A DNA stretch of 43,531 bases from Parcubacteria group bacterium GW2011_GWA2_38_13 (lineage in GTDB: Bacteria > Patescibacteriota > Patescibacteriia > Buchananbacterales > GWA2-38-13), in assembly GCA_000992395.1 (NCBI GenBank), contig LBUD01000003.1, positions 1 through 43,531 of the forward strand, written 5' to 3'. The notes below the pieces were generated by a model. It was not told the DNA's origin, searched no databases, and was given only the letters and a program-made list of their open reading frames with translations. How positions within the stretch are numbered: position 1 is the first letter of the stretch; the number at the start of each line of letters is the position of its first letter. This document shows positions 33,142-43,531 of the stretch, one piece after another. A program made the translations under genes and the position numbers.

Positions 33142-33169
33142 TTGACAAAAAAATTATATGTGCTATAAA
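33142..33169 (+). promoter_or_regulatory. Sigma-70-like promoter of the small ORF
   Basis: TTGACA 33142-33147, 16-nt spacer, TATAAA 33164-33169. Confidence 0.5.
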
Positions 33170-33215
33170 TATTGATGGTGTTTAATAAACATGGTTCTTT
33201 TTATGGAGTGAAATT

Positions 33216-33458
33216 ATGGAGTCTCTCAAAAGTCAGGAGCAATATTTTATACAATATTGTAAAAGAGAATGCCGAACAACGAAGCGTGGTTTATTAGCGC
33301 TTGGAGTGTTATTCCTGTTGGGTCTGTTGTTTGTGGCATTTGATGATATTTCAAATGAATCACGTCTAACTCCGATTGAGCGAATTGTTCATGCGGACGA
33401 CAAGGAAAAAAATAGGGCACGTTGCAAAACAACGTGCCTTTTTCGTTTTGCAGTATAG
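33216..33458 (+). CDS. Small single-TM protein, unknown function
   Basis: 80-aa ORF with RBS GGAGTG 6 nt upstream and a TM (LLALGVLFLLGLLFVAF). Its 3' end is encoded by the terminator hairpin. Confidence 0.5.
   Translation: MESLKSQEQYFIQYCKRECRTTKRGLLALGVLFLLGLLFVAFDDISNESRLTPIERIVHADDKEKNRARCKTTCLFRFAV
33416..33449 (+). terminator. Rho-independent terminator
   Basis: GGCACGTTG-caaaa-CAACGTGCC perfect 9-bp stem, then TTTTTCGTTTT. Confidence 0.8.
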
Positions 33459-33483
33459 CCTATGCCAGAAAAATATATTATTA

Positions 33484-33575
33484 TATATAGTATCTAGTAT
33501 TAAGTATCAAGTATATAGTATGTTGTATGTAGTGTTAGAGTAAATATTTAGATACTTGATACTAAATACTATATA
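33484..33575. repeat. AT-rich imperfect palindrome, family C
   Basis: TATATAGTATCTAGTATTAAGTATCAAGTAT against AGATACTTGATACTAAATACTATATA (complementary apart from a 7-nt insertion). Shares AGTATCAAGTAT with 19376-19447. Confidence 0.65.
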
Positions 33576-33597
33576 CCCGATACTAAATGCAAGGATT

Positions 33598-34737
33598 ATG
33601 AGAAAAGTCATTTGGAAACAAACAATGAAAAAAGATAATTATACGTCCGCCCCTGATTTTTTATTAATGGGAGCGGTGGGGTTGATTATTGTTTTCGGAT
33701 TATTTGCGCTTGCGTCAGCATCAAGCGTATATTCTTTGAATAAATTCGGAACTCCGTATTATACGATATTGCATCAAATGTATACCGGAATAATACCGGG
33801 CTTTTTAGCTTTTTATTTTTTTCTGAATCTGGATTATAGAAAGCTGGGAAAATTTACCTATCTATACTATGGAATCACTTTGGCATTGTTGTTGCTAGTT
33901 TTTATTCCCGGGCTTGCGGCAGGGTATGGAAAAACCCGAAGCTGGATAAATGTGTTCGGTTTTTCTTTCCAACCGGCCGAAGCGGCAAAATTGACTTTTC
34001 TATTATTTTTAGGAAGCTGGATACAAAAAAAAGGCTTTTCGGAAATAATTTCTTTTACATATGGTTTTATCCCGTTTATTTTTTATCTTGGAATCATATC
34101 CTACCTCATTTTGGAGCAGCCGGATTTGGGAACGCTTATAATATTGGTTTTTATGTCGCTTTCGGTTTATTTTATTGCCGGGGCGAAATTAAAACATTTT
34201 TTATTTTTTTGCGCTTTGGGCATTGCCGGGTTTACGGTAAAAGTTTTTACGACCGATTATCTTATGGAAAGAGTAAAAGTTTTTTTGCATCCCCAATCAG
34301 ATATTGTGAATGTCGGGTATCAGGTATACCAATCTCTGATAGCAATCGGATCGGGTGGGATTTTCGGCAGGGGGTTTGGCAAATCCCAGCAGAAATTTCT
34401 TTATCTTCCCGAAGTTTCAAGCGATTCTATTTTCCCAATAATTGCGGAAGAAATGGGATTTTTTATATCCTCCGCCCTTATTATATTATTTTTGTTTTTA
34501 ATGTACCGGGGAATAAAAATCGCTATGGCGGCGCAGGATCCCCTTGGAAGATTTCTTGCAATTGGAATTGTTGTATGGATCACATGCCAGGCATTTTTGA
34601 ATATCGCGGTGATGGTGGGATTAGCGCCCGTTACCGGCATTCCATTTCCTTTGGTGAGCGCCGGAGGCACAGCCATGGTTGCGAATTTGTGCGCGCTTGG
34701 AATACTTATAAATATTTCCAAGCACAGGATGGCATAA
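33598..34737 (+). CDS. ftsW: SEDS-family peptidoglycan glycosyltransferase FtsW/RodA
   Basis: About 10 TM. QPAEAAKL, QPDLGT, GSGGIFGRGFGKS..K..YLPE..SDSIF and PLVSAGGTAM motifs. ATG 33598 with an AAGGA RBS is preferred over TTG 33556. Confidence 0.92.
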   Translation: MRKVIWKQTMKKDNYTSAPDFLLMGAVGLIIVFGLFALASASSVYSLNKFGTPYYTILHQMYTGIIPGFLAFYFFLNLDYRKLGKFTYLYYGITLALLLLVFIPGLAAGYGKTRSWINVFGFSFQPAEAAKLTFLLFLGSWIQKKGFSEIISFTYGFIPFIFYLGIISYLILEQPDLGTLIILVFMSLSVYFIAGAKLKHFLFFCALGIAGFTVKVFTTDYLMERVKVFLHPQSDIVNVGYQVYQSLIAIGSGGIFGRGFGKSQQKFLYLPEVSSDSIFPIIAEEMGFFISSALIILFLFLMYRGIKIAMAAQDPLGRFLAIGIVVWITCQAFLNIAVMVGLAPVTGIPFPLVSAGGTAMVANLCALGILINISKHRMA

Positions 34738-34758
34738 AAAATTGCCAACACGAAAATA

Positions 34759-35781
34759 TTATAATTCCTTTAGACGCCTTACCAGGCATTCCTGAAGTTT
34801 TTCCGAATCGTGCCTAGCAAGATTTACACGTTCGGATTTTATGGAGATGAGATTTTCTAAATACACCTTTTGGTGTTTTTTTAAAATATTTGTAGTATCA
34901 AAATCATTTTCAACAAAGTACGAGCCGACCTCTTCATAAATTTTTAGCACATCGTCGGATGGCCTTTGGTTGTTGCATATAATAATATCTAAATCCGCGC
35001 CGATATATTTTTGTATTGTGGAAACAAAATCGCTTGATTTAAAAATATGCAGTCCTCCATGAAGCCCTTTTCCGCTTGTTTCGCCCCACTGTGTCATCAC
35101 ATTGCAAAAAAATATTTTTTTAGCTTTGGAGTCCTGAATGCATTCCTTTACGCCTTCGGGAAGCAGTACGGAAAGCGTGCTTGTATAAATGCTTCCGGGG
35201 GCGAAAATTATCACATCAGCCTCCTTCAATGCCCGGGCGCTTGACTCGCATATAAAAGTCCCCTTAGGCACCAGCTCCACATATTTTATCGGAATGGGTT
35301 TGGTGCTTGTACTGTTATTAAAATGTTCTTCACCAATGATTGTATCGTCATCGGCATACACGGCGCGAAAATGCGCTTTTGTTGTTGTAACCGGCAGAAC
35401 GCGAAAGCGTTTGTCAATTGTAAGAAAATCATGGAGCCAATGCAGGGCTTCCGTAGAATTTCCTTCAAACACTTTTTCTAAAGCTGCTATAAATATATTT
35501 CCAAATACATGGCCGGACACTTCTCTTTTGGCGTCGGTTTCATCAAACCTGAATTGGAATAATTTTTTTAAAGTTTGGCTGTTGATAAAAGCCGCCATGC
35601 AATTTCTGAGATCACCGGGCGGAAAAATGCCGAATTCGTTCCTGAGCCTTCCGGACGATCCGCCGTTATCGGTCATGGCCACGATTGCGGTTATCTGCAC
35701 ATGATAAAGATTTTTTAACGCTTCCAAAAGCCGTACGTGACCCGTGCCCCCTCCAAGAGTTGCTATTTTAAGCTCTCGCAT
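34759..35781 (-). CDS. yvcK: YvcK/CofD-like (UPF0052) protein
   Basis: KIATLGGGTGHVRLLEALK and MTDNGGSSGRLRNEFGIFPPGDLRNC are the family signatures. 340 aa. Confidence 0.88.
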   Translation of the reverse strand: MRELKIATLGGGTGHVRLLEALKNLYHVQITAIVAMTDNGGSSGRLRNEFGIFPPGDLRNCMAAFINSQTLKKLFQFRFDETDAKREVSGHVFGNIFIAALEKVFEGNSTEALHWLHDFLTIDKRFRVLPVTTTKAHFRAVYADDDTIIGEEHFNNSTSTKPIPIKYVELVPKGTFICESSARALKEADVIIFAPGSIYTSTLSVLLPEGVKECIQDSKAKKIFFCNVMTQWGETSGKGLHGGLHIFKSSDFVSTIQKYIGADLDIIICNNQRPSDDVLKIYEEVGSYFVENDFDTTNILKKHQKVYLENLISIKSERVNLARHDSEKLQECLVRRLKEL

Positions 35782-36016
35782 AGTATTGGTATATATTTTT
35801 AGATGTAATTTAATTATATGCTCAATGCATTAAATGTCAAATATTTTTCTGCAATTATTTTTTATTATTACGTTTTTTGTTTAAATTTAAATTAAAAAAT
35901 AGCATCAATTTGTCAAAAAAATATTTTAATATATAAATTATCCACAGAAAAGCATACTATTGAAATGTATATATTTTTTGTATAAAAAATGAATAAATAT
36001 ATTCATAAAGTATCCG

Positions 36017-36045
36017 TTGAAAATCGTTGTAAATTCTGTTATGCT
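36017..36045 (+). promoter_or_regulatory. Sigma-70-like promoter placing the TSS at or next to the murG ATG (leaderless candidate)
   Basis: TTGAAA 36017-36022, 17-nt spacer, TATGCT 36040-36045. The ATG at 36052 lies 7 nt downstream and there is no SD. Confidence 0.4.
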
Positions 36046-36051
36046 GATACC

Positions 36052-37119
36052 ATGACAAGAATAATTTTATCCGGAGGCGGAACATTGGGATCTGTGAGCC
36101 CATTGCTTGCATTGTTTGAAGAGATGCAGGAAAAAATTCCCCATATGAAATGCGTTTGGGTGGGAACGATTACAGGTCCGGAAAAAAAAATAGCGGAAGG
36201 CTATGGAATAGAATATAAATCCATTGCTTCCGGAAAATTCAGAAGGTATTTTTCAATACAAAATTTTTTAGATATTTTGCAAATTCTTGTTGGATTTTTT
36301 CAATCAATTTTTTTTATAATAAGTTTTAAGCCATCACTCGTGCTAACGGCCGGAGGGTTTGTGGCCGTGCCGCTGGTATGGGCTGCGTGGATTTTGCGCG
36401 TACCTATTCACATTCATCAGCAAGACGCCCGAGTCGGCCTGGCAAATAAACTCATGGCGCCTTTTGCAACACTGATAACGGCAACTTTTGAAAAAAATGT
36501 AAAATATTTTAAAAATAAAAACGTTGTTGTTACGGGAAATCCTTTGAGAAAGGACTTGGCTTGTCTGGATAAAACCGAAGCAGTGGATTTTTTTGGATTT
36601 TCTGAAAATCTTCCGGTTCTATTGGTAATGGGAGGAGGTACAGGAGCGCTGGTGATAAATAAGCTTATCGCTGATTCTTTTGATCAGCTCATAGAGTTTT
36701 GCCAAATTATCCATTCAACGGGTGAAGGAAAAATGATATATCTGAAAAAGAATTCTCGGTACCGGGCGTATGAATTTTTATACCATATGGGGCTTTCGCA
36801 TGCGTATGCGGCTAGCGATTTGGTAATATCGCGTGCGGGAATGTCAACTCTTACCGAGCTTGCCATGTTTGCAAAACCGGCAATAATTATTCCTATTCCA
36901 TATAGCCATCAAGAAGATAACGCCCGTGAATTTGAAAATAAAAACGCCGCTCGCGTATTGCATCAGAATGATTTAACTCCTGAAAAATTTGTAAAAATAA
37001 TCCAGGAATCCCTTCAAGACAAAAATCTTTTAAAAACATTTTCGGAAAATATCGGAAAAATGTTTCCAAATGACGCGGCAAAAAAAGCAACGGAAGAAAT
37101 TATCAAGATCATTAGATAA
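36052..37119 (+). CDS. murG: Lipid II-forming UDP-GlcNAc transferase MurG
   Basis: RIILSGGGTLGSVSPLLAL N terminus and SDLVISRAGMSTLTELAMFAKPAIIIPIP..HQEDNA C-terminal motif. The track start 35989 adds an unconserved 21 aa. Confidence 0.92.
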   Translation: MTRIILSGGGTLGSVSPLLALFEEMQEKIPHMKCVWVGTITGPEKKIAEGYGIEYKSIASGKFRRYFSIQNFLDILQILVGFFQSIFFIISFKPSLVLTAGGFVAVPLVWAAWILRVPIHIHQQDARVGLANKLMAPFATLITATFEKNVKYFKNKNVVVTGNPLRKDLACLDKTEAVDFFGFSENLPVLLVMGGGTGALVINKLIADSFDQLIEFCQIIHSTGEGKMIYLKKNSRYRAYEFLYHMGLSHAYAASDLVISRAGMSTLTELAMFAKPAIIIPIPYSHQEDNAREFENKNAARVLHQNDLTPEKFVKIIQESLQDKNLLKTFSENIGKMFPNDAAKKATEEIIKIIR

Positions 37120-37337
37120 AATTTCCAATACCCAATTTCTTAATAAAATCCTAAATCCTTAATCCTAAACAAACCCTAAATTCGAAATCCTAAATCCTAA
37201 ACAAATCACAAATTACAATATTCCAAACAGTTGTTTTGAATTTGAAAAATTGGTATTTCGAATTTGTTTAGAATTTCGATATTAGGGTTTAGAATTTTTT
37301 ATTTGGGCATTTCATTGGTAATTGGGAATTGGAAATT
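37120..37337. repeat. Long (~218 nt) imperfect palindrome, family B
   Basis: Outer arms AATTTCCAATACCCAATT / AATTGGGAATTGGAAATT and inner CGAAATCCTAAATCCTAAACAAATC / ATTTGTTTAGAATTTCG. Starts 1 nt after the murG stop and ends 40 nt before the murC ATG. Confidence 0.85.
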
Positions 37338-37377
37338 CAGGAATTTACTATGTGTATATATAATAAAAGTAAGTATT

Positions 37378-38772
37378 ATGGACATCAACCTTTCCAAAAT
37401 CAATAAAGTGCATTTCATAGGCATTAAAGGCGTTGCCATGTCCGGGCTGTCTGTTATCTGCAAACAGCGGGGGATGGAAGTTGCGGGATCTGATGTGGCA
37501 AAAGAATTTATTACCGACAAAGTGTTGAACCAGGAGGGAATATATGTTTTTCAGGAATTCAATCCAAAAAATTTGGACTGGTCTCCGGATCTTGTTGTCG
37601 TGGGCGCTTCGTGGGGCGAGGATAATTTCGAATATGCCCAGGCTTTGCAAAAAAAAATCCCCATCATCAATGAATCAGATCTTCGGGGCCTTTTAAGCAA
37701 AGAAAAAATAACCATAGCGGTTACCGGCGCGCACGGCAAAACCACGACAACATCGCTTTTATCATATATATTCACCCTGGCCGGTCTTGATCCGAGCTAT
37801 CTTATAGGGACCGGGCTTATACCGGATCTTGGCATTAACGGGCACTGGGGCGGCGGAAAATATTTTATTGTTGAAGGGGATGAATACATAAAAAGCAAAA
37901 AAGAAAGAACGCCGAAATTTCTTGATCTTTCCCCCGACGCAACAATTATTACCAATATTGAGTGGGAGCATGTTGATGTTTATAAAAAAGTCCAGGATAT
38001 GGAAAAGGTTTTTAAAAAACTCGTGAAGAAAACAAAAAGTTTTGTGGCAGCCTGCTGTGACTGGCAAAGCGTTGAAAATGTTATTGGAAAAAATAATGAC
38101 AAAGTGTCCACTTATGGCAATAAAATGTGTTCCAAGTGGAGGATCGGAAGTTATACCCAGAAATTAAACGAATCATATTTTACCGTGTTTAAAGACAATC
38201 AAGTTTTTGGAGAATTTGAATTGCGCCTTTTGGGAAGATTTAACGCTATAAACGCGATAGGATGCATGATTGTGGCGCTGCACTATGGCATAGGAATTGA
38301 AGTGATACACGAAGCATTTAAAAATTTTTCAGGTCTTGAGCGCAGAATGGATACGGATCATAAAAAAGATATAACTTTTATTGATGACTACGGCCATCAT
38401 CCCACCGAAGTATCGGAAACCCTTCATGCCATACGCGATATGTATGTGAAGAGAAATATTATTTGTATTTTTCAGCCCCATACCGCCTCGAGGACATTAG
38501 CGTTTCTTCATGAATTTGGCAAGTGTTTTAAGGATGTTGATGAAGTGATATTGCTGGATATTTTTACATCCGCAAGAGAAAAAGAAATCGGCATCACATC
38601 GCATGATGTTTATGAAACAATAAAAAAATATCATCCCAATGTGCACTATTTCGGGAGTATGGAAGATGCGGCAAAAAATATATTATCAGAAATAAAACCG
38701 CGCGACGTGGTTGTTACCATGGGCGCGGGGGATGTATATAAAATTAAAAAATATTTTATGGATAATGTATGA
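37378..38772 (+). CDS. murC: UDP-N-acetylmuramate--L-alanine ligase
   Basis: VHFIGIKGVAMSGLS, GAHGKTTTTSLL and DDYGHHPTE motifs. The track start 37264 only translates the palindromic repeat. Confidence 0.94.
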   Translation: MDINLSKINKVHFIGIKGVAMSGLSVICKQRGMEVAGSDVAKEFITDKVLNQEGIYVFQEFNPKNLDWSPDLVVVGASWGEDNFEYAQALQKKIPIINESDLRGLLSKEKITIAVTGAHGKTTTTSLLSYIFTLAGLDPSYLIGTGLIPDLGINGHWGGGKYFIVEGDEYIKSKKERTPKFLDLSPDATIITNIEWEHVDVYKKVQDMEKVFKKLVKKTKSFVAACCDWQSVENVIGKNNDKVSTYGNKMCSKWRIGSYTQKLNESYFTVFKDNQVFGEFELRLLGRFNAINAIGCMIVALHYGIGIEVIHEAFKNFSGLERRMDTDHKKDITFIDDYGHHPTEVSETLHAIRDMYVKRNIICIFQPHTASRTLAFLHEFGKCFKDVDEVILLDIFTSAREKEIGITSHDVYETIKKYHPNVHYFGSMEDAAKNILSEIKPRDVVVTMGAGDVYKIKKYFMDNV

Positions 38773-39713
38773 AAAAAATTTGTGTATTCGGATCTTTGGC
38801 CTATGATCATATCATGGATCATCCCGGAAAATTTTCCGACAACATTATGCCGGATAAAATCCATATGCTGAATGTGGGCTTTTTGATATCTGAGCTTAAA
38901 GACAGTTTCGGCGGAACGGCCGGAAATATTTGTTATAATCTTGCGTTGCTTAAAGAACAGCCGATAATGATTTCATCGGCCGGAAATGATTTTGATAAAT
39001 ATAAACAATGGCTGATGCCATTTTCCATTGATACGTCGCACGTAAAAATAGTGGAAGAAGTGCCGACTGCAGCAGCGTATATTATTACGGATGCGGGGGA
39101 TAATCAGATAACCGCTTTTTATCCCGGTGCGATGAATCATCCTGCTGACGAAGACTCGCCCGATCTGCGCGACATTGATATCGCAATACTTTCTCCGGGA
39201 AATAAAGACAATATATTCGGTTTGTCAAAATTATTTAAAAAACTTGGTATTCGGTATATCTTTGATCCCGGGCAGATGATAACATCTTTAGCAACATTGC
39301 CGGAATTTAAAGAATGTATTTTTGGCGCGCATGTTTTTATAGCCAATGATTACGAAGTAAGTTATATATTGGAAAAGACCAATGTAACAAAAAAAGAAAT
39401 TCTGTCGCATGTGGATGCTTTGATCACCACGCTTGGCGAAAAGGGATCGTTTATTGAAACAAAAGAAAAAACATATGAAATTCCGCCGGCAAAGCCGCTC
39501 AATACCTGCGATCCGACCGGAGCCGGCGATGCCTACCGGGCGGGTTTAATCAAGGGTATGGTATTGGATTTGGGCTGGCTTGTTTCGGGCAGGCTTGGAT
39601 CAATAGTTTCGGTGTATACTGTTGAACAATATGGCACGCAAACGCATACATTTTCATTGCAGGATATAAAAAAGAGATACGAAGAAAATTATAAAGAAAA
39701 ATTATCTATATAA
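38769..39713 (+). CDS. PfkB-family carbohydrate/nucleoside kinase (adenosine kinase candidate)
   Basis: GGTAGN and DPTGAGDAYRAG PfkB signatures. ATGA start/stop overlap with murC. Confidence 0.85.
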   Translation: MKKICVFGSLAYDHIMDHPGKFSDNIMPDKIHMLNVGFLISELKDSFGGTAGNICYNLALLKEQPIMISSAGNDFDKYKQWLMPFSIDTSHVKIVEEVPTAAAYIITDAGDNQITAFYPGAMNHPADEDSPDLRDIDIAILSPGNKDNIFGLSKLFKKLGIRYIFDPGQMITSLATLPEFKECIFGAHVFIANDYEVSYILEKTNVTKKEILSHVDALITTLGEKGSFIETKEKTYEIPPAKPLNTCDPTGAGDAYRAGLIKGMVLDLGWLVSGRLGSIVSVYTVEQYGTQTHTFSLQDIKKRYEENYKEKLSI

Positions 39714-39723
39714 TAATTAATAG

Positions 39724-40995
<1,272 letters not shown>

Positions 40996-40999
40996 AATA

Positions 41000-41210
41000 A
41001 ATTTCTAATTCCCAATTACCAATGAAATGCCCAAATAAAAAATTCTAAATTCGAAATCCTAAATCCTAAACAAATCAGAAATCACAATGCTCCAAAGTAG
41101 AAAAATCAAGATAAGAGATATTTGTGATTTGAAAAATTGGTATTTCGGATTTGTTTAGGGTTTCGATATTAGGATTTAGGATTTTATTAAGGAATTGGGA
41201 ATTAGAAATT
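41000..41210. repeat. Long (~211 nt) imperfect palindrome, family B
   Basis: The left outer arm is the reverse complement of the right outer arm of copy 37120-37337, and vice versa. The core shares ATTCGAAATCCTAAATCCTAAACAAATC and TTTGAAAAATTGGTATTTCG. Confidence 0.85.
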
Positions 41211-41229
41211 TTATATACGATTATATTCT

Positions 41230-42186
41230 ATGAAGTTAGATATAAAAAATATTCAAGAAAACGTTATATTGGCTCCCTATACTACTTTTAAAATCGGCGG
41301 ACCGGCTAAATATTTTTTTCAGGCGAAAAATACCGATGAAGCGGTTGGCGCCATTCGCGCGGCTGTTGTTGCAAAAATTCCTTATCTTATTTTTGGGGGG
41401 GGATCAAATATCTTGGTGTCTGACAAAGGATACCCGGGGCTTGTGATTAAAATAGCAAACACGAATTTTGAGAATGTAGGCGATAATTTCGTGCGTTGCG
41501 GAGCAGGGCTTGCAATCAGTTGCCTTATACAAAAAGCAAAGGATATAAACTTGGGCGGCATTGAGTTTATGGCAGGTATCCCGGGTACAGTCGGCGGAGC
41601 GGTGTGCGGGAATGCGGGAGCCTGGGGCAGGGGATTTGGCGATGTGGTAAAAGAAGCTGTCGTATACAGGGACGAAAAAGTTCTTACTCTTTCTCGCGAT
41701 GATATCGGTTTTACATATCGCTCAAGTTCAATCAAGGAAAAAGGCGGGGTTATTATGGAAGCCACCATTGCCATGATTTCGGAAGATAAAAAATCCATAC
41801 AGGACAAAGTATATGAAATAATAAAAAAAAGGAGCAAGGCGGAAGTGCATGAGCCCAGCGCCGGATGCGTTTTTAAAAATATTGATTTGAAAAAGATACA
41901 GGTGGATAAAGAAAAAATAATGAAAGCCCTGGATTTAAACGAAGAAGAATATATTAAAGCCACAAATCACGATAAATTGCCGGTTGGATTTATTGTTGAC
42001 AGGCTTGGTTTAAAGGAAAAAATTATTGGAAAAGCAAAAATTTCCGAATGCCACGGAGCCTATATTGTGAATTTGGGCAACGCGCAGGCTGAAGATGTGG
42101 TGATGCTTATGTCATTAATAAAAACAAAAGTAAGGAATCTCTTGGGAATACAGCTTGAAAATGAAATTCAGCTTGTTGGTTTTTAA
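41230..42186 (+). CDS. murB: UDP-N-acetylenolpyruvoylglucosamine reductase
   Basis: TTFKIGGPAKYFF and FGGGSNILVSDKG FAD-binding motifs, plus GCVFKN. Confidence 0.93.
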   Translation: MKLDIKNIQENVILAPYTTFKIGGPAKYFFQAKNTDEAVGAIRAAVVAKIPYLIFGGGSNILVSDKGYPGLVIKIANTNFENVGDNFVRCGAGLAISCLIQKAKDINLGGIEFMAGIPGTVGGAVCGNAGAWGRGFGDVVKEAVVYRDEKVLTLSRDDIGFTYRSSSIKEKGGVIMEATIAMISEDKKSIQDKVYEIIKKRSKAEVHEPSAGCVFKNIDLKKIQVDKEKIMKALDLNEEEYIKATNHDKLPVGFIVDRLGLKEKIIGKAKISECHGAYIVNLGNAQAEDVVMLMSLIKTKVRNLLGIQLENEIQLVGF

Positions 42187-42301
42187 TAAAAAATTTTTTC
42201 ATATAACCCCGAGATTGCATCAAGGGGATTTTATTTGAAAAAATCAATAATTTATGATATAATAATAGACGTTATAAGTATTTTTATTTTTTTTATTTAT
42301 T

Positions 42302-43531
42302 ATGAGTATAATCACAAAAATATTTGGAGATCCAAACGAAAAGGTTATAAAAGGAGGAGTTTCTCTTGATGAAATTTTACCGCGAGCCTTTGCCGCAGTT
42401 AGGGAAGCAGGCAAGCGCACACTTGGCCAGAGGCATTATGATGTGCAATTAATGGGCGGAGCTGTTTTGCATCGCGGACAAATTGCTGAAATGAAAACCG
42501 GAGAAGGAAAAACTCTTGTGGCGACCTTGGCGGTGTATCTCAACGCGCTTGAAGGAAAGGGAGTGCACGTGGTGACAGTGAATGATTATTTGGCGAGGCG
42601 CGATGCCGTATGGATGGGGCAAATTTATAACGCCTTAGGAATGTCTATTGGATGTATAAACCACGAGACATCATTTTTATATGATCCGAATTTCGTATCC
42701 GAAAAACTCACTGATGCGGGACGGGACAAAACAGCAAGTTTTCGAGTTGAATACGAATACTTGCGCCCGATATCGCGAAGAGATGCTTATGCCGCTGATA
42801 TTACCTATGGAACAAATAATGAATTTGGATTTGATTATCTGCGCGACAACATGGCTCCGGATCCGAAAGAAAAAGCGCAGAGAGGATTTTATTACGCAAT
42901 TGTTGATGAGGTGGACAGTATTTTAATTGACGAAGCGCGTACTCCGCTTATTATTTCCGCGCCGGATATGCAATCATCGGATTTATACAGAAAATTTTCT
43001 CAGCTCGTAATAAAGCTTAAAGAAAACGAGGATTATAATGTGGACGAAAAAATGCGCGCAGCAACCCTTACGGAAAACGGTATTATAAAAGTGGAAAAAG
43101 CCCTTGGCATGGGAAACATATACACCGAAGGCGGAATTACAATGGTGCATCATATTGAACAGGCGTTGCGCGCTCAAACGCTTTTCAAACTTGACCGCGA
43201 TTATGTTGTGAAAGACGGCGAAGTTATAATCGTTGATGAATTTACTGGCCGCTTGATGCAGGGGCGCAGATATTCTGAAGGGCTTCACCAGGCGATTGAA
43301 GCAAAAGAAGGAGTGGAGGTCCAGCAGGAATCACGCACGCTTGCAACAGTGACTTTTCAAAATTATTTTAGAATGTATAAAAAGCTTGCAGGTATGACCG
43401 GTACGGCCGTAACCGAAGCCGAAGAATTCGCACAAATTTATAAATTGGAAGTGGTAACAATTCCCACCAATAGAGCTATGGTGCGAAAAGATATGCAGGA
43501 CAGAATTTATAAAACCTCCGAAGGAAAATTA
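42302..43531 (+). CDS. secA: Preprotein translocase ATPase SecA (5' part; runs off the window end)
   Basis: My own translation is open for 410 codons: [36 protein letters not shown]...[15 protein letters not shown]...[19 protein letters not shown]...[19 protein letters not shown]. It is absent from the ORF track because it has no stop. Confidence 0.95.
   Translation, partial: MSIITKIFGDPNEKVIKGGVSLDEILPRAFAAVREAGKRTLGQRHYDVQLMGGAVLHRGQIAEMKTGEGKTLVATLAVYLNALEGKGVHVVTVNDYLARRDAVWMGQIYNALGMSIGCINHETSFLYDPNFVSEKLTDAGRDKTASFRVEYEYLRPISRRDAYAADITYGTNNEFGFDYLRDNMAPDPKEKAQRGFYYAIVDEVDSILIDEARTPLIISAPDMQSSDLYRKFSQLVIKLKENEDYNVDEKMRAATLTENGIIKVEKALGMGNIYTEGGITMVHHIEQALRAQTLFKLDRDYVVKDGEVIIVDEFTGRLMQGRRYSEGLHQAIEAKEGVEVQQESRTLATVTFQNYFRMYKKLAGMTGTAVTEAEEFAQIYKLEVVTIPTNRAMVRKDMQDRIYKTSEGKL

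Overview
AT-rich (by eye about one-third G+C; not computed), densely coded bacterial window read with the standard code. The gene content resembles a Candidate Phyla Radiation/Patescibacteria-type genome (inference): a type IV pilus operon without a secretin, a streamlined dcw/mur cluster, large GT-C-like membrane proteins and many small TM proteins. Layout: divergent GT-C-like membrane-protein cluster plus HIT (0.2-6.3 kb); rfbB, a possibly split ORF, NUDIX, a HicB/HicA-like pair, a small exported protein, rfbA (6.8-11 kb); PEGA/propeller protein, CtpA, rplI, pyrG, rpmA (11-16.5 kb); a compositionally anomalous two-gene island (16.6-18.4 kb); C39-like lipoprotein and NifU; a 10-kb minus-strand type IV pilus operon, pilB-pilC-giant pilin-minor pilin-PilX-like-pilM-pilN-pilO (19.7-29.6 kb); then mraY-murD-ftsW-(yvcK antisense)-murG-murC-PfkB kinase-ahcY-murB and a 3'-truncated secA (30.2-43.5 kb). 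I saw no rRNA, tRNA, CRISPR array, transposase or integrase. Most worth a second look: (1) at least four families of long intergenic palindromic repeats that fill almost every spacer of the dcw cluster, with related motifs read in frame inside murD and a GC-rich MITE-like element next to a DUF559 endonuclease remnant; (2) a 753-aa prepilin fused to a seven-repeat beta-propeller-like domain; (3) the higher-GC two-gene island beside rpmA, whose genes share a near-identical terminator; (4) a SecA apparently lacking about 35-40 N-terminal residues. All homology calls come from motifs read in the translations, not from database searches.
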